Shown: piece after piece, positions 62,574 through 64,000 of the stretch | Layout of the letters: the number at the start of each line of letters is the position of its first letter | Numbering within the stretch: position 1 is the stretch's first letter | DNA from: Octopus sinensis | Lineage: Eukaryota | Direction: 5' to 3' | DNA length: 64,000 nt | Assembly (NCBI RefSeq): GCF_006345805.1 | Contig: NC_042997.1 | Coordinates: forward strand, 167,586,001 to 167,650,000 | Notes under the pieces: model-generated | What the model was told of the DNA's origin: nothing | Database searches by the model: none | The model's input: only the letters and a program-made list of their open reading frames with translations | Translations under genes and position numbers: made by a program

Positions 62574-62747
62574 TCAGCTGCTGTTTATTTCCTCAATGAT
62601 TGATTTCACTGGTTTTGATTTGCTGCCAACTTTACTATGTCGGATATTAGTTTCGTTCACTTCCCCATCGCATTGATCATCTTCACTGCCATCCACCTCA
62701 TCAGAGTCACATGACGATGAGCCTTCATACTCAAACATCCCTAAACT
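62574..62747 (-). CDS. NOPCHAP1: Terminal coding exon, NOPCHAP1/C12orf45 (DUF4598)-like
   Basis: Minus-strand polypyrimidine tract + TAG acceptor at 62748, then SLGMFEYEGSSSCDSDEVDGSEDDQCDGEVNETNIRHSKVGSKSKPVKSIIEEINSS*; the LGxFE motif, acidic Ser/Asp tract, EVxxxNI and terminal IEE resemble the family C-terminus as recalled; upstream exons not found in the window. Confidence 0.55.
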   Translation of the reverse strand, partial: SLGMFEYEGSSSCDSDEVDGSEDDQCDGEVNETNIRHSKVGSKSKPVKSIIEEINSS

Positions 62748-62924
62748 CTACAATAAAAAAAAAAAGAAAAGAATAACGAGGATGTCATTGATGATATTAA
62801 TGCTGATGATGGTGATGACAATAATGTTGATGATGATGATGATGATGATTTCTTCTGACTTGACATAAAATGGCAAACAACTATTTTGATACCTAAGACC
62901 ACCCTTGGTTCCATGATACAAACT

Positions 62925-63300
62925 TCATCATCATCATCGTTTAACGTCCGCTTTCCATGCTAGCATGGGTTGGATGGTTCAACTGGCATCTGGGAAGCCA
63001 GAAGGCTGCACCAGGCCCAGTCTGATCTGGTAGTGTTTCTACAGCTGGATGTTCTTCCTAACGCCAACCACTCCGTGAGTGTAGTGGGTGTTTTTTACGT
63101 GCCACCTGCACAGGTGCCAGATGAGGCTGGCAAACAGCCACGATTGGGTGGTGCTTTTTACATGCCACCGGCACGGAGGCCAGTCGGGGCGGCACTGGCA
63201 ACAGTCACGTTCAAATGGTTCTCTTACGTGCCACCGGCACTGGTATCACAGCTACAATTTCCATTGATGTTCTATCCAAATTTCATGCTGATGTTCAAAA
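62925..63300 (-). mobile_element. RTE 3' UTR copy
   Basis: (CAT)n tail and shared 3' UTR. Confidence 0.8.
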
Positions 63301-63599
63301 CACCGGCTTAAGTGTTTCAAATTTTTGTTGTCTCTTCCGCAAGACATCAGTTACAATTTAGCCTTTAAATCTCAGTCACTTTTAGTTCACTTCACATAAA
63401 TTATCATTATATACCCAACAGACCTTTATCACTTTGTGTATCTCCAGTCACTGTACATCTTCCACATTTACTGTTCATGTCTCACAACAGCTTCATAATA
63501 ATCTATTCTCATCCAATAAGAGGAACTGTTTATTGTCAATAGAGATAACAGCTTTACATCATACTAAATAAGCAGTTTACTATATTTAGTTTCATTATT

Positions 63600-64000
63600 C
63601 TTATGTCACCATCATTATTGTTTTAACATTCATGTTCCTATGCTTGTATGGATCGGATGAAATTTACTGAAGCAGATTTTCCTACAGCTAGATGCCTTCA
63701 CCTGTTTCCAAGTAAGGTAATATTTCTCCATTATCAGACTTGTTTTCACAGAAGACTGGAAACAAAAGACACCACTTGCATGACAGTGACACTTGCTTAC
63801 GACTATCACATGATGTCAAGAGGAGACAGTAACACACACACACACAGAAATATAATGTGTGTATGTATGTGTATATATAAATAGGCTTCTTTCAGTTCCC
63901 ATCTACCAGACCACTCACAAGGCTTTGGTCAGCCCAGGGTTGTAAAAGAAGACACTTGTCCAAGGTGCTACACAGTGAGACTGAACCTGAAACCAATATG
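63600..64000 (-). mobile_element. SINE type D, cut by the window edge
   Basis: Same layout as 23318-23727. Confidence 0.7.

Overview
Eukaryotic, AT-rich, repeat-dense genomic DNA. The SINE/LINE families and microsatellite style match my recollection of Octopus (coleoid cephalopod) genomes; this is an inference, not a database result. Two protein-coding signals are supported. (1) A BTB-BACK-Kelch (KLHL-type) gene on +, with its ORF 24296-26020 in one large exon behind a strong splice acceptor. (2) A short terminal exon on - (62574-62747), absent from the ORF track, resembling the C-terminus of NOPCHAP1/C12orf45 (DUF4598). Almost everything else is mobile-element debris: several RTE-clade LINEs (a near full-length decayed copy at 26.5-30.7 kb and young siblings at 51.3-54.5 and 58.5-59.9 kb), R4/Dong-, CR1- and NeSL/HERO-like fragments, at least five tRNA-derived SINE types, non-autonomous Helitrons, mariner/Tc1/hAT/piggyBac-like remnants, a solo LTR, foldback palindromes and long microsatellites, plus a 100-N gap. 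The most unusual observations are two hammerhead-ribozyme-like motifs in (TA)n-embedded elements (one with a non-canonical A6U core), a 2-kb head-to-tail chain of one SINE, a C4HC3 PHD finger inside the RTE ORF, and a 98-bp variable-copy repeat in the RTE 3' UTR. No CRISPR array, rRNA or bona fide tRNA is supported. SINE type labels A-H are my own working names, and repeat boundaries are approximate unless TSDs or termini are quoted.
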